Part shown: positions 47,850-59,170 of the stretch, piece by piece
How the letters are laid out: the number at the start of each line of letters is the position of its first letter
Numbering within the stretch: position 1 is the first letter of the stretch
The notes under the pieces: generated by a model
Told to the model about the DNA's origin: nothing
The model's database searches: none
What the model saw: only the letters and a program-made list of their open reading frames with translations
Made by a program: the position numbers and the translations under genes
Assembly (NCBI RefSeq): GCF_000143415.4
Contig: NW_003314446.1
Coordinates: 47,738-111,737, forward strand
Direction of reading: 5' to 3'
DNA: 64,000 nucleotides
Source: Selaginella moellendorffii
Taxonomy: Eukaryota > Plantae > Lycopodiophyta

Positions 47850-49672
47850 TCACTGCTGTCCAGGCGCATAAAAACCGAGCTCCATCAGTATCGCGGCAAT
47901 CTCCTCCGGATGTTGCTTTGGATCCCGGGCGGTGGAAGGAGAGACTTTTGCTTTGGAACTCGAGACATTCGTAGAGTTCCGCGATGACGATGCTGCTGCT
48001 GGAGAGGATTCGGCAACTTGGCCGTGATGGAGGAGCTCCAGCGTCTTCTGGAGTTCCTGGAGCTGGCTCGAGAACTCCCTCACCGTGAGACCGTATGGCT
48101 GGACCTTCTCGAGCTTGCGGAGCTTAAGGAGGACTCCGAGGACGGAGCTTTGGCCGGCCAAGGTGCTGGAGATGCCCGCTACTGCCTGTGGGATGATCGT
48201 TTCATTAGCAAGGAAGTGGAAAGTCTGCAAGTTTTGTCACCTTTTTAGCGTCGGCTCCTTGCAACTGCGAGAGACCGGCGACCGAGAGGCTGGATGCCAG
48301 GGGTGCTGTAACAGATGCCGCGAGCAGGAAGTTCGTGCTGGTGTTGTAAGCATCGAATGCCGGGTCGAGATCCTTTCCAAAAGCAGCGTTCATGATCTTG
48401 GTGAAGACTCCCTTGCCAGCGTCAATTTGAGGCTTTCCAGCGGCGTCCTTGAGCAATCCTTGCAAGACGCTGCCAAGAACAAGCCAGAGAAATAATCAAG
48501 AAGAACAGAACGAAAAAAGAATGGAGAAGTTGGAAGCACAGAGCCTACCTGATGTGCGACTTAAGCTGCGATTGGAACTTCGACGTCAACATCTTCACGG
48601 ACGGATCCTTGAAGCGTGCAGCTCGAGAGTACTGATCGGACAAGAGCAACTCGGCGCTGAGAATCTCAGCAAGTATCCTCGCGTCTGTCATCTTCGTGCT
48701 TGCTGGTAGCTTACCGCAGTCGTCACAAGGAGGATACTCGCATTTCTCGCATGGAGGCGGCTCTGTTGGTGGCGAGCTGCAATCGTCGCAAGATGGTGGC
48801 GGATACTCGGAGCTCTCGTTGCAAGGAGATGGCGCCGGCGGTGGTGGCGTATGACAATCCTTGGGAGGAGGAGGAGGAGGATACTCCGGTGGTGTTGGCG
48901 TGTGACACTCGCAAGGAGGTGGAGGATACTCCGGTGGTGTTGGCGCATGGTAATCCTCGCAAGGCGGTGGTGGATACTCCTGCATTGGTGGGGGCTTACT
49001 ATCGCAAGGTGGTGGCGATGGCGGTGGATAAGCTGGCGACGGTGGTGGTGGACAAACTGGTGACGTTGGTGGTGGATAAACTGGCGACGGTGTTGACGTT
49101 GGTGGCGACGCTGGTGGCGATGGAGGTGGCGGGCAAGAAGACGGTGACGATGGAGACGAGTAACCATCCGATGGTGGTGACGCTGGTGGTGGGTAAACTG
49201 GCGGCGATGGAGGCGGCGGGTAAGAAGACGGTGGCGATGGAGACGAGTAACCATCTGGTGGTGGTGACGCTGGTGGTGGATAAACTGGCGGTGATGGAGG
49301 CGGCGGGCAAGAAGACGGTGGCGATGGAGATGAGTAACCATCCAATGGTGGTGACGCTGGTGGTGGGTAAACTGGCGGCGATGGAGGCGGCGGGTAAGAA
49401 GACGGTGGCGATGGAGACGAGTAACCATCTCGTGGTGGTGACGCTGGTGGTGGATAAACTGGCGACGCTGGTGGCGATGGAGGCGGCGGGCAAGAAGTTC
49501 CATGCGGTGGCGATGGAGCCGAGTAACCATCCGGTGGCGGGGACGAGTAGACGTAAGTAACGGGAGGCGGTGGCGATGGATACTGCAGCACAATGTTCTT
49601 GATGGGGCGAGCTTCAAGCCGTGAGCACCACCATAGCTGGAGAACCAGCAAGATCATCCACCAAGTAGCCAT
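47850..49672 (-). CDS. Secreted extensin-like (SPn/YPn) protein fused to a PCC13-62 desiccation-related ferritin-like domain; 3 exons (49672-48549, 48469-48241, 48185-47850)
   Basis: Signal peptide MATWWMILLVLQLWW; Pro-rich repeats; FTKIMNAAFGKDLDPAFDAY..STNFLLA and VQPYGLTVREF match the PCC13-62 pattern; GT-AG introns in frame. Confidence 0.8.
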
Positions 49673-49898
49673 TGAGCGATGGATCAGCGAAGAGCTGCGA
49701 TCCAAACAAGCACAAAAGAAGAATTTATAGTCTCAAGGATTGCCAACGTACTTGTCATGCAGCTCGCGATGATCTACTCGGAGTTGTCACATTCCCAACT
49801 TAGGACACAATCTCCAGTCAAAGCCCAGTCAAGCGTCAACGGCCACTGGAAGTCAACTCCCCCATGGAAGAAGAAGAAGAAGCTGTGTTGTGCCGTGA

Positions 49899-52274
49899 AT
49901 GATCGTCCATGGATGGATGAAACTATCGCCCCCAAGAACTCTTGATGGCTTCGTCCGGCTCCTAAGATCTTGCATCGAGGACCGCAATCTCGATCGAGGG
50001 CGGCTCGTCCACGACTGGATCCTTGCAAGCCACCAGCATCGCGAGAGCCTCCTCCTCGCGAACCAGCTGATTGGAATGTATTCCAAGTGTGGGAGCTTGC
50101 AAGACGCGATCGACGTCTTCAACCGCCTCCAAAGCCCCGATGTTGTGTCCTGGAACTCGCTGATGACGGCATTTGCCAGGAACCGGCAACCACACCGAGC
50201 GCTTGAGCTCTTCCGGGAGATGCCCCGCAAGGATTTGGTGTCCTGGAACATCGCCATCCAGGTGTTCTTGGAAGAATATAGGATCCAGGAGGCCGATCAT
50301 GCGATGGATCTCGTGCCACAGCACAGCGCTGTCACATGGAACTCGATGATTTCCACATATGCCCAGAGGGGGCATTTGCAAGAGTGTTGGGATCTCTTCC
50401 ATCACCCGGCGTTGGAGAGAGATCGGCTGTCCTGGAACACAATGCTGGTGGCGCTTTTGGCGTCCGGAGAAATCGAGAAGGCCAGCGGCGTCTTCTCGAG
50501 GATGCCAATGCGAGAGATCCTCTCCTGGAATGCGATGATCGCTGCTTACGGACGGATTGATGCCGGTGCTGCCAAGAACATCTTCGATCAGGCGCTGGAG
50601 AGGGATATCATCGCTTGGAACACGCTGCTCCGGGTGTGTGCTCGATTCGGCCTCCTTGACAGCGCTAGGGAGGCCATGGAAAAGATGCCCCTCTGGGACC
50701 CCGTCTCCTGCACGACGATCCTTGCGGCACACACGCAGAGGGGGGTTCTTGCCGACGCCAAGAAGATCTTCGATGCCGTGCCGAGAAATCTCTTCTCCTG
50801 GAATGCGATGCTCGCCTGCTACCTCCAGAATCGCGAGGTCGGGACCGCCATGGGGATTCTTGCCGAAATGCCGGAGAAGGATGTGATCACCTGGAACACG
50901 ATGATCGCCGGCCTCGCGGCGAACGGGCACCTCGCCGACGCGAAGGCGATCTTCGAGTCCATGGCGAGCCGCGACGCGACGAGCTGGGGATCGATCGTGG
51001 CGGCGCTCGCGGAGGACGAATCGTCGATCGAGGAAGCCCTAGGGGCATACCGGCGGATGCCGCAGCACGACCTTTGTTCTTGGAACGCGCTCATCGCGAA
51101 GGATATTGCCGCCGCGAGGGGAATATTCGACGGCGCCAAAGAGAGAAACGTTGTGACGTGGACATCTCTGATCGTCGCCACCTGTCGGGTGGCGGACGGC
51201 ATCGGTGGCGCCGAGGATATCCTTGAGAGAATGCCCGCCTGGGACGTTGTGTGCTTGAATGTGATGATCGGAGCTCACAGCCAGTGTGGGAATTTCGAGA
51301 GGGCGAAAGAGATCTTCGATGGATTGCCCGAGAGGAGCCTCCATTCCTGGAACGCGATGCTCCAGATCGCGACTGCCATGGAAGAGGAACAGGGCGATTG
51401 CTACTGCGAGGGAACGAGAGAGATTTTCTTCGATCGAATGCCTGCTAGAGATGTTGTGTCGTGGACGATCCTCCTCGCGGCATTTGCCCAGCAATCTCTC
51501 CTCGCGGAAGCAAAGAGGGCTTTCGATCTGGCGCCCCAGCGAAGCTTGATCACCTGGAATGTGATGCTCGGGATCTATGCATCTGCTAGCGCTATCGATC
51601 CAGCGAAAGAGATCTTCCAATCCATGCCGGAGAGAGACATCGTCTCGCAAAACTCCATCGTCGCAGCATTTGCCCTGGGCGGGCAAATCGATGAATCTCT
51701 CCAGTTCCTCGAGAGAATGCCGCAGCACAACGCCGGATCGTGGAACTCGCTGCTGCTGGGTTGCGCCCATCACGGCGTCCTCGACCGATCCAAGCAGTTC
51801 TTCGCCAGGGTCCCAAACAAGAACATCGTCTCCTGGAACGCGCTCCTGGATGCCTGCGCGCGAAACGGGCAGGGCGAGCTCGCGATCGAGATGCTGCGCG
51901 AGCTCTGCCTGGATGGATCATCGCTGCCGGATGGGATCTCCTTCACGCACGTCTTGGCCGCGTGCACACACATCGGATCTCTGGAGATTAGCCGGAGCTT
52001 CTTCGTGTCTCTCGCGCATGACTATGGATTGATCGCCGACAAAGAACACTGTTGCTCCATGGTGGACGTCCTCTGTCGATCCGGGCAGCTTGGATTCGCG
52101 GAGGAGCTCATAAACTCGGTGCCACTCCTTGGATCCGACAATGTCGCGCTGGGAAGCTTGCTCGCTGCTTGCCACACTCACCACGATCTGGAGCGAGCGT
52201 ATAGGGCGCTTCCTCGCGATCACACGAGCTCGTCACACTACGTGATTCTTTCCAATATCTTGACAAGCATTTGA
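49899..52274 (+). CDS. PLS-class PPR protein made mostly of tandem short (S/SS) motifs, with E domain
   Basis: 791-aa ORF; ~31-aa repeats A..IF..MP.RD..SWN. Confidence 0.93.
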   Translation: MIVHGWMKLSPPRTLDGFVRLLRSCIEDRNLDRGRLVHDWILASHQHRESLLLANQLIGMYSKCGSLQDAIDVFNRLQSPDVVSWNSLMTAFARNRQPHRALELFREMPRKDLVSWNIAIQVFLEEYRIQEADHAMDLVPQHSAVTWNSMISTYAQRGHLQECWDLFHHPALERDRLSWNTMLVALLASGEIEKASGVFSRMPMREILSWNAMIAAYGRIDAGAAKNIFDQALERDIIAWNTLLRVCARFGLLDSAREAMEKMPLWDPVSCTTILAAHTQRGVLADAKKIFDAVPRNLFSWNAMLACYLQNREVGTAMGILAEMPEKDVITWNTMIAGLAANGHLADAKAIFESMASRDATSWGSIVAALAEDESSIEEALGAYRRMPQHDLCSWNALIAKDIAAARGIFDGAKERNVVTWTSLIVATCRVADGIGGAEDILERMPAWDVVCLNVMIGAHSQCGNFERAKEIFDGLPERSLHSWNAMLQIATAMEEEQGDCYCEGTREIFFDRMPARDVVSWTILLAAFAQQSLLAEAKRAFDLAPQRSLITWNVMLGIYASASAIDPAKEIFQSMPERDIVSQNSIVAAFALGGQIDESLQFLERMPQHNAGSWNSLLLGCAHHGVLDRSKQFFARVPNKNIVSWNALLDACARNGQGELAIEMLRELCLDGSSLPDGISFTHVLAACTHIGSLEISRSFFVSLAHDYGLIADKEHCCSMVDVLCRSGQLGFAEELINSVPLLGSDNVALGSLLAACHTHHDLERAYRALPRDHTSSSHYVILSNILTSI

Positions 52275-52337
52275 GAAAACCATTGTGTGTGTGCGTGTTC
52301 TTGGTCGATCCAAGTTCCAGCGCGCAATGCTTGCTCT

Positions 52338-54299
52338 ATGATCGCTGGGCGATGGCTGCTACAAGCATTCAGGGAAGCTCTTGCCAGCGCCGGCGCGCCC
52401 AAGAGCATCGAAGGCCAGTACGCCAATCTCCTGCGCCAATGCCGAGATCTCGGCGAGGCAAAGCGTCTCCACTGCTTGATCCGAGAGCGCGGCCACGGAT
52501 CCAGTACCTACGTCTCCAACATGATCGTCCAAATGTATGGCAAGTGTGGCAGCGTCGACGACGCATGGATCGTCTTCTCCTCGATCCAAGCTCGCAACGT
52601 TTTCTCCTGGAACATGATCATCGCAGCATTTGCCCAGAACGGGCATTCGGAGCGCTCAGTGACGCTTTTCTGGCGGATGATCCGCGAGGAGCCGGGCATT
52701 ATCCCCACCAGGATCACATTCCTCCACGCACTAGAGAAGCTCAAGAACCTCGCGGAGGGGAGGAAGATCCATGAGCTTGCAATTACCGTGGGGCTAGAAA
52801 GCGATACAGCAGTGGGCACAGCAATCGTCACCATGTATGGGAAATCCGGGAGCCTCGCCGATGCCAAGCGCGTGTTTGATCGATTGAAGCGCAGGGATGT
52901 CGTGGCCTGGACAGCGCTCATCACTGCCTACACCCAGAACGGGCATTGCGAAGAGGCGCTGGATCTCTACAGCTCGATGGAACCGGATGGCGTGGCTCCA
53001 AATCAGTACACCTTCACGATTGTGATCGATGCGTGTGCGGAGCTGGGACGGCTGGACGAGGGCATCGCGATCCACGCAAGGATCACTGCCGCTGGGCTGG
53101 AATCCTGGATTGAGGTCGTGAATTCGCTGATCAATCTCTATGGGAACTGCAAGAGATTGAGTGAGGCTGAGAGGATCTTCCAGAGAATGCCCAGGAGGAG
53201 CTCTGTTTCGTGGAACTCTATGATCGCAGCGTATGCTCACAATGGGCACCCAGGAGATGCGATCGATCTCTACAAGAGAATGCGCGGCGATGGATCCGTG
53301 AAGCTCGATCCAGTGACATTCGTGAATGTTCTTGGTGCTTGTTATAGCCAGGAAGATCTGGCGGCTGGGCGATCGATCCATCACGACGCCATAGCTCGCG
53401 GGCTTGGATCTCATCTAGTGCTCGCCTCCGCGGCTGTGAGCATGTATGGGCGCTGTGGCAGCGTCGAGGAATCCATGGCGACGTTCGAGAGAATGGAGAT
53501 CAAAGACGGTGTCGCGTGGAATGCTGTGATCGCAGCTCTTGCCCAGAACGGTGAATCGAGCAGCGCTCTCCATTTCTATCGCCGCATGCTCTGGAGCTCC
53601 AGCTCGAAACCCAACGAGGCGACGTTCATCAGTGTTCTTGAGGCATGCTCCATCGCCGACGAGGGGATCAAGATCCACCAGCACATCGTCGACAGTGGGA
53701 TCGTCCACTCCACCATGATCTCCACCGCGATCTTCAACATGTATGCCGAGTGTGGCCGCCTCGATCGCGCGCGAGAGATTTTCTCCTCCATGAGGGCGTC
53801 TCGCGGATCGTTCCAGAGCGCCAACGATGTTTCTTGGATGAACATGATCTCGGCACTCGCCAGGCACGGATCGATCGACGAGGCGCTGGAGCTCTTCCGA
53901 GAGATGCGATTGGAGGGCGGCAAACCCAGCGAGATCGTTTTTATCAGCATCCTCCACGGGTGTAGCCACTCCGGGACGATGGAGCAGGGATTGGGGCATT
54001 TTCTCTCGATGATCCAAGATCATGGGCTTGCTCCGCGAGTGGAGCACTATGGGTGCTTGATCGATCTCCTTGGGCGAGGTGGGCATCTGGATCTGGCGCA
54101 GGACCTAGTGGATCAGATGCCGTTTGAGCCGGATGCCAGAGCGTGGTCTAATTTCTTGGGATCTTGCCGGCTGCATTCTGATCGCGATCGAGCCGAGGCC
54201 GCGGCGATCCGGGTGTTTGAGCTAGAGCCGGAGAAAGCCGCGATCTATGTGTCCTTGTCCGGGATGTGCTTCGCAGAGGAAGACGAAGAAGACCCCTAA
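52338..54299 (+). CDS. PLS-class PPR protein with E domain
   Basis: First ATG at 52338 in the ORF 52287-54299; canonical P-L-S triplets; HYGCLIDLLGRGG, MPFEPDARAW. Confidence 0.93.
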   Translation: MIAGRWLLQAFREALASAGAPKSIEGQYANLLRQCRDLGEAKRLHCLIRERGHGSSTYVSNMIVQMYGKCGSVDDAWIVFSSIQARNVFSWNMIIAAFAQNGHSERSVTLFWRMIREEPGIIPTRITFLHALEKLKNLAEGRKIHELAITVGLESDTAVGTAIVTMYGKSGSLADAKRVFDRLKRRDVVAWTALITAYTQNGHCEEALDLYSSMEPDGVAPNQYTFTIVIDACAELGRLDEGIAIHARITAAGLESWIEVVNSLINLYGNCKRLSEAERIFQRMPRRSSVSWNSMIAAYAHNGHPGDAIDLYKRMRGDGSVKLDPVTFVNVLGACYSQEDLAAGRSIHHDAIARGLGSHLVLASAAVSMYGRCGSVEESMATFERMEIKDGVAWNAVIAALAQNGESSSALHFYRRMLWSSSSKPNEATFISVLEACSIADEGIKIHQHIVDSGIVHSTMISTAIFNMYAECGRLDRAREIFSSMRASRGSFQSANDVSWMNMISALARHGSIDEALELFREMRLEGGKPSEIVFISILHGCSHSGTMEQGLGHFLSMIQDHGLAPRVEHYGCLIDLLGRGGHLDLAQDLVDQMPFEPDARAWSNFLGSCRLHSDRDRAEAAAIRVFELEPEKAAIYVSLSGMCFAEEDEEDP

Positions 54300-54414
54300 A
54301 TTTTTAGAGAAGGAAGAACCCTAAATTTTTAAAACCAAATTTAAATTCAAACTTTCAAACTTTCGCGGGAATACATAGAAAATCATCGTCTTCTCTAGCG
54401 GATCATCGTCCTCT

Positions 54415-56436
54415 CTAGCGCCTGTCCGTCTTTCCAGTAGATCTCTTCCCAGCAAACAAATGCTTGGGCCGGAGATTGACAATGGTTCGATCGGCTTCTC
54501 CCTTCCTCGCGAACTTGTTCCTCTTCTTCATCGCCTTCTTGCCCAGTGCCAATGCCTGCTGCTTCTGTGCCGAGTCCTTGAATCCCTCGCCTGGAACGAC
54601 TTCCATCGACGCGCGAGACTGCGACCTCGTCCTGGACTTCATCCTCAACTTCTTGCTCTTTGGCTGCTCCACGTCCATAGCCTCCACCCCGGCCTCCTCG
54701 TCATACCCGAGTGATCGATCCCGCTTTCTTCCGCGAGATTTGCTTCGAGCTCTCGCCGCTGCTGCCGATGGATCGATCCCCAGGTTTGATAGGTGGCGCT
54801 CCATCCTGGAAACCGTGAATCTCTTGTCCTTGTCGTGCTTCCTGGGAACCATTGGACGGCTATCGGCAGTGGTCTTCTTCAGCCTGTGCTCCTCCCGGAT
54901 GTTCCTTCTCGCGAGACGAATCGCCGCTAGCGCCTCCTGTTCCTCCGGACTGAGCTTGCGGAACTCGTCGTCGTCCATGTCCTCTTCCTCGCTCTCTCCC
55001 TCCTCCCGCTGGTGCTCCTCGCGATCCAGCTCGTCCAACCTCTTGAGAATGTCCGTGTCGATGAAGTCCGCGATGTTGTGACCGTCTGCTATCTCCGGCA
55101 CCACGTCCTCCTTCCAGCTCTCGTCCGCGAGAATGTAGCGCCTTCTCAAGTTGGCGGAGTAAACTCCAGCGCCACCATTCTCGTTCTCCAGATCCTTCTC
55201 GAGTCGTCTCGGGGCCCTCGGCGCCGCCGCTGCTCGAGCTTCCAACACCCCAGCTGGAATCACCGGCGGCCTCTCTCTGGTGTCCCTGGGACGAGGCATC
55301 GCGACGTGGATCCTGTTCCTCACGTCCTCGAGCTTCTTTGACTTCATCTTCCCCTCCACACGGTGCTGGAGCAGCTTCTCGCACGCAGTGTTCTTCACGT
55401 TGATCACGCCTTCCTCCGTGAGGGTGCTCATCGTGAGAAGGCAGTCGTCGTCCTCGACCATCATCTCGCTGGCAATTCCCCCCGAGCACTTGGACGCCTC
55501 CTTCTTCATCTCCATGATCAGCTGGCGATCCTCCTCCGGCAGCGACTCCAGCGACTGGAGATCGATCTTGCTGCACACCACGAGCAGCGGCTTGTTGTCA
55601 AACAAAGGCCGGATGCTGTTGAAGAGCGCTGCCTGCTGGGCGATGGAGTAGCCACAAGAACCCGAGACGTCGACGAAGAACAGCACCGCAGCTCGGATGT
55701 GAGCCAGAGCAGTGATACTCAGCATCTCGATCGTGTTCCTGTCCTCGAGCGGGTGATCCAAGATCCCCGGAGTGTCAATCACTTGCCAGCGGAGGTACTT
55801 GTAGTCCGTGTGACCAACAAAGAGTGACTTTGTGGTGAAGGCGTAAGGCTGGACGTCAACGTCGGCTCGAGTGATCTTGTTGATGAAGGAGCTCTTACCA
55901 ACGTTTGGATAGCCGCAGATGAGGATGGTTCTCGTGTTTGGATCGATCGATGGAAGCCTCGCCATATGCTGCCTGACCTGTTCCAAGTACGCTAGACTCG
56001 GCCCGACCCTCTTCATGAGCGTACACATTCTTCCCAGCGCGGCCTTCTTGAGCTGCTTGCAACGATAGAGCGAATCGCCATACTTGAGGAGCTTCACGTA
56101 GTCCTTGCAGATCTTCTCTACCAGTCGCTTCGCAGTGCGCAATTGCCCAAGCGCGAGCTTGTAGTGATCCCTGTCGTAGAGCACATTCATCAAATCCCCG
56201 TAGAAGGGATGGATGTCGTCCAGCTGCGGGAACTCGTCGATGATCGTGCCCAGCTTCTCATCGAATGTGGCCTGCGTGTACTTTACCTTGCGCATGTAGA
56301 ACTGGCGGATGCGATTGATCGCATAGCTCTTGTGGATCACCGTCGGCGTCTGGCGCTGCGTCCGGGAGAGGACAATGTCGACGAAATCCTTGCCTGTCGG
56401 CACCACGGTGATGCGCTTGAGATTGTAGTGCACCAT
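54415..56436 (-). CDS. NOG1: Nucleolar GTP-binding protein 1, intronless
   Basis: LSRTQRQTPTV, GYPNVGKSS, QPYAFTT, DTPGILD, C-terminal PKHLFAGKR..GKTDRR. Confidence 0.97.
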   Translation of the reverse strand: MVHYNLKRITVVPTGKDFVDIVLSRTQRQTPTVIHKSYAINRIRQFYMRKVKYTQATFDEKLGTIIDEFPQLDDIHPFYGDLMNVLYDRDHYKLALGQLRTAKRLVEKICKDYVKLLKYGDSLYRCKQLKKAALGRMCTLMKRVGPSLAYLEQVRQHMARLPSIDPNTRTILICGYPNVGKSSFINKITRADVDVQPYAFTTKSLFVGHTDYKYLRWQVIDTPGILDHPLEDRNTIEMLSITALAHIRAAVLFFVDVSGSCGYSIAQQAALFNSIRPLFDNKPLLVVCSKIDLQSLESLPEEDRQLIMEMKKEASKCSGGIASEMMVEDDDCLLTMSTLTEEGVINVKNTACEKLLQHRVEGKMKSKKLEDVRNRIHVAMPRPRDTRERPPVIPAGVLEARAAAAPRAPRRLEKDLENENGGAGVYSANLRRRYILADESWKEDVVPEIADGHNIADFIDTDILKRLDELDREEHQREEGESEEEDMDDDEFRKLSPEEQEALAAIRLARRNIREEHRLKKTTADSRPMVPRKHDKDKRFTVSRMERHLSNLGIDPSAAAARARSKSRGRKRDRSLGYDEEAGVEAMDVEQPKSKKLRMKSRTRSQSRASMEVVPGEGFKDSAQKQQALALGKKAMKKRNKFARKGEADRTIVNLRPKHLFAGKRSTGKTDRR

Positions 56437-56657
56437 CGCGCCCGATCGATCGAGCGCCGCCGCGCTCCTGAAGAACCCTAAAAACTAAAACCCTGGCATT
56501 TTTGCCCACTTGCCCTAATTTCGGGGCCAGCGTGGACCGTCGGATTTGCGCGGCAACGATGAACACGTGGGATATTATCAATTCCAGGGTTTTCGTTGAT
56601 CGAGCTTGGAGCGCCATAGCCAGGGCTTAGATCTAGCTAGAAGGCGATTCGATCGCC
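56437..56657. promoter_or_regulatory. Short bidirectional promoter between NOG1 and TMEM184, with telo-box-like motifs
   Basis: 221 bp between divergent ATGs; AACCCTAA, AAACCCT and AGGGTTTT motifs. Confidence 0.5.
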
Positions 56658-57726
56658 ATGGATATCACGCAAATGGATGCCAGGACGCTGTCGCTGATGA
56701 TGGCGGGGGGATGCGCGATGCTGGCGATGCATTTCACATTCAAGCTTGTGTCGGAGCATCTCTTCTACTGGAAGAACCCTAAGGAGCAGAAGGCGATCCT
56801 CATCATCGTCCTCATGGCGCCGCTCTATGCCATCGATTCTTTCTTCGGCCTTGTCCAGATCACAGGCAGCGAGGCGCTCTTCACGTTCTTGGATGCGATC
56901 AAGGAGTGCTACGAGGCACTGGTAAGTACTATCGATCCAAGAAAGATCTAAAGAATCCTCTGTCCAGGTGATCGCGAAATTCTTGAGCCTCATGTATAGC
57001 TACATGGGGATCTCGATGAGCAACAATGTGATTCCCGACGAGATCAAGGGCCGGAAAATTCACAATTCTTTTCCAATGACGCTGTTCTTGGTATGTTCGC
57101 GTTCTCTGGTGCTTTGGAGACTCTTGATAGTTTTTCTTTTCTTTCCTTCCTTAGCCTCACGAAGTTCCGCTCAACCAACACACTCTCAAGCTTCTCAAAT
57201 CCTGGACATGGCAATTCGTGATCATTCGTCCGGTGCTATCCATCCTCATGATCTCGCTCCAACTTCTCGGCATGTACGAGGGGCCGATCACTTGGATCAT
57301 CTCGCTCGTCCTCAACTCCTCGGTCACACTGGCAATGTATTCGCTCATCCAATTCTACCATCTCTTCGCCAAGGAGTTGGCTTCTCACAAGCCTCTCGCG
57401 AAGTTCCTGTGCATCAAGGGAGTGGTCTTTTTCTCCTTCTGGCAGGTAATCCATTTCTTCTCTCTCGCTCCCGCGGAGCAGATCTTACGTGTCTCCTTTT
57501 TCTCTCTCAGGGCATTGTTATGCAAATTCTCGCATCCGCAGGCATGATCCAGAAGCAAAAGAAACTCAACGTCAACCAGATCGAGGAAGCGTACCAAAAC
57601 CTCTTGGTTTGCTTGGAAATGGTGGCATTCGCGGCGATCCAGCAGTACGCTTTCAGTGCCGAGGAGTACGCGGGAGAAGCTCAAGCCAAGCTCAAGGCAG
57701 CAGCAGCCGAAAAGAAAGACGATTGA
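56658..57726 (+). CDS. TMEM184/OST-alpha (DUF300) membrane protein, 4 exons
   Basis: WKNPKEQKAILIIVLMAPLYA, IKECYEALVIAKF, KPLAKFLCIKGVVFFSFWQG, QNLLVCLEMV. Confidence 0.93.
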
Positions 57727-58112
57727 TCGAAAGAAGCTCTCACGAAGAACTTGCGAAGATCACGCGAAGAACACACGAGATATGCTACTTACGTGTAAGT
57801 TTGTATTTTCTTGCAGCTATTCATCGACGAAGACCACGCGAATCTAATTTGAATGGTAACGGGAATATACCCTCTTCACTCGAGGAAGAACCCTAATGGT
57901 CTCCTGGCAGTGAAGCAATGTCGTTGTCCCGCGTGTGATTGCGAAAGTGTCGAGAGCGGCATGGGATCGTGCTGCTACTGCGATCCTCCTCGTGCTGGGA
58001 ATCGGCATCTCTTGATGCTGGAGAAGGCGAGGAGGCGGAGGTACTGTATCTTCTTCTTCTTCTTCTTCCTCTTCGTCTTAGGGTTCTTCCCCATTTCTTT
58101 CCCCTCGCAGCC

Positions 58113-59129
58113 ATGGTGTTGTGGATATTTGGCTACGGATCTCTCATCTGGAAGGCCGGATTCAACTATGACGAGCGAGTCGTGGGATTCATCAAGGGGT
58201 ACAGGCGCGTGTTCCATCAAGGCGAGCTTTGCATTGCGCGAGAATGCGCAAATTCCCGACAATGCCGCTAACCACTGGCATTGCAGGGAGCACGGATCAT
58301 CGGGGGACGCCGGAGAATCCTGGAAGGACGGCCACTCTGGAAGCGCACGATGGAGGGATTTGTGTAAGATTGGATCCTCCTTGTTCTCTCTTTATTCGTT
58401 TTATCTTTGGTTCGTTGATAAACAGTCTTATGCATTGTGTGTTGTTTGATCAGTGGGGTGCTGCTTATCGTGTTTCCGGTCACGACAACGAGCAGCTAGT
58501 GCTCTCCGTGAGTGGTTTCTTTTTTCTTCCTTTGTTTTTGGCGCTCTGTTCTCAGTAGTGATTGGAAACTATCTCAGTACTTGGATTTGCGAGAGAAGCA
58601 GTACGACCGGAAGGTTTTTGTTGATCTTTACACGGTAAGCTAGACTTTGTTTCCACCGGGCTTTGGTTTTTATCTTTTCTTTTGTAGGAATCCTCTTCTG
58701 AGCCCGCGATCACTGATGTTCTTGTGTAAGCTCTCGTTTCCAATTGACGTGGTACTTGACAAAGAGCCTTGGTTGCAACAGATACATCGCATCTCCGGAC
58801 AAGAAAAAGAATCCGAATTATTTGGGCCCCGCTGACATGGAGGACATGGCATTGTACGTTTTGCGATTTTCTTGTCTCGACCTGATTGATCTCTGTGATT
58901 TTTGTGGCAGGCAAATAGCGACTTGCGTCGGTCCGTCTGGTCCTAACTACGAGTACATTTTCAGGTTGGAAGAAGCTCTGCTGGAAATAGGTGAGCAAAT
59001 ATCAAATCAGAGACATTTTGTCAAATCGGGCATCTTTCGTGCACAGGTGCTCTGGATGACGAACTCGCCAAACTTTCTTGCGAAGTGCGCAAGACTCTAC
59101 AGTCTGAGGACACAACGTACCCATTGTAA
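58113..59129 (+). CDS. GGCT2: ChaC-like gamma-glutamylcyclotransferase, multi-exon
   Basis: [59 protein letters not shown]. Confidence 0.94.
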
Positions 59130-59170
59130 GCCCGTATAGGCGCATTCTTATTCATCTGTTTTGAGATGGA

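Noticed and set aside
48688-49617. His/Arg-rich 309-aa ORF and antisense Val/Ala-rich ORF
   Set aside because: Alternative frames of the extensin repeat
49962-56481. Many long antisense or alternative-frame ORFs over the PPR and NOG1 genes (also over UXS and WD40)
   Set aside because: Expected shadows of GC-rich coding sequence; no recognisable motifs
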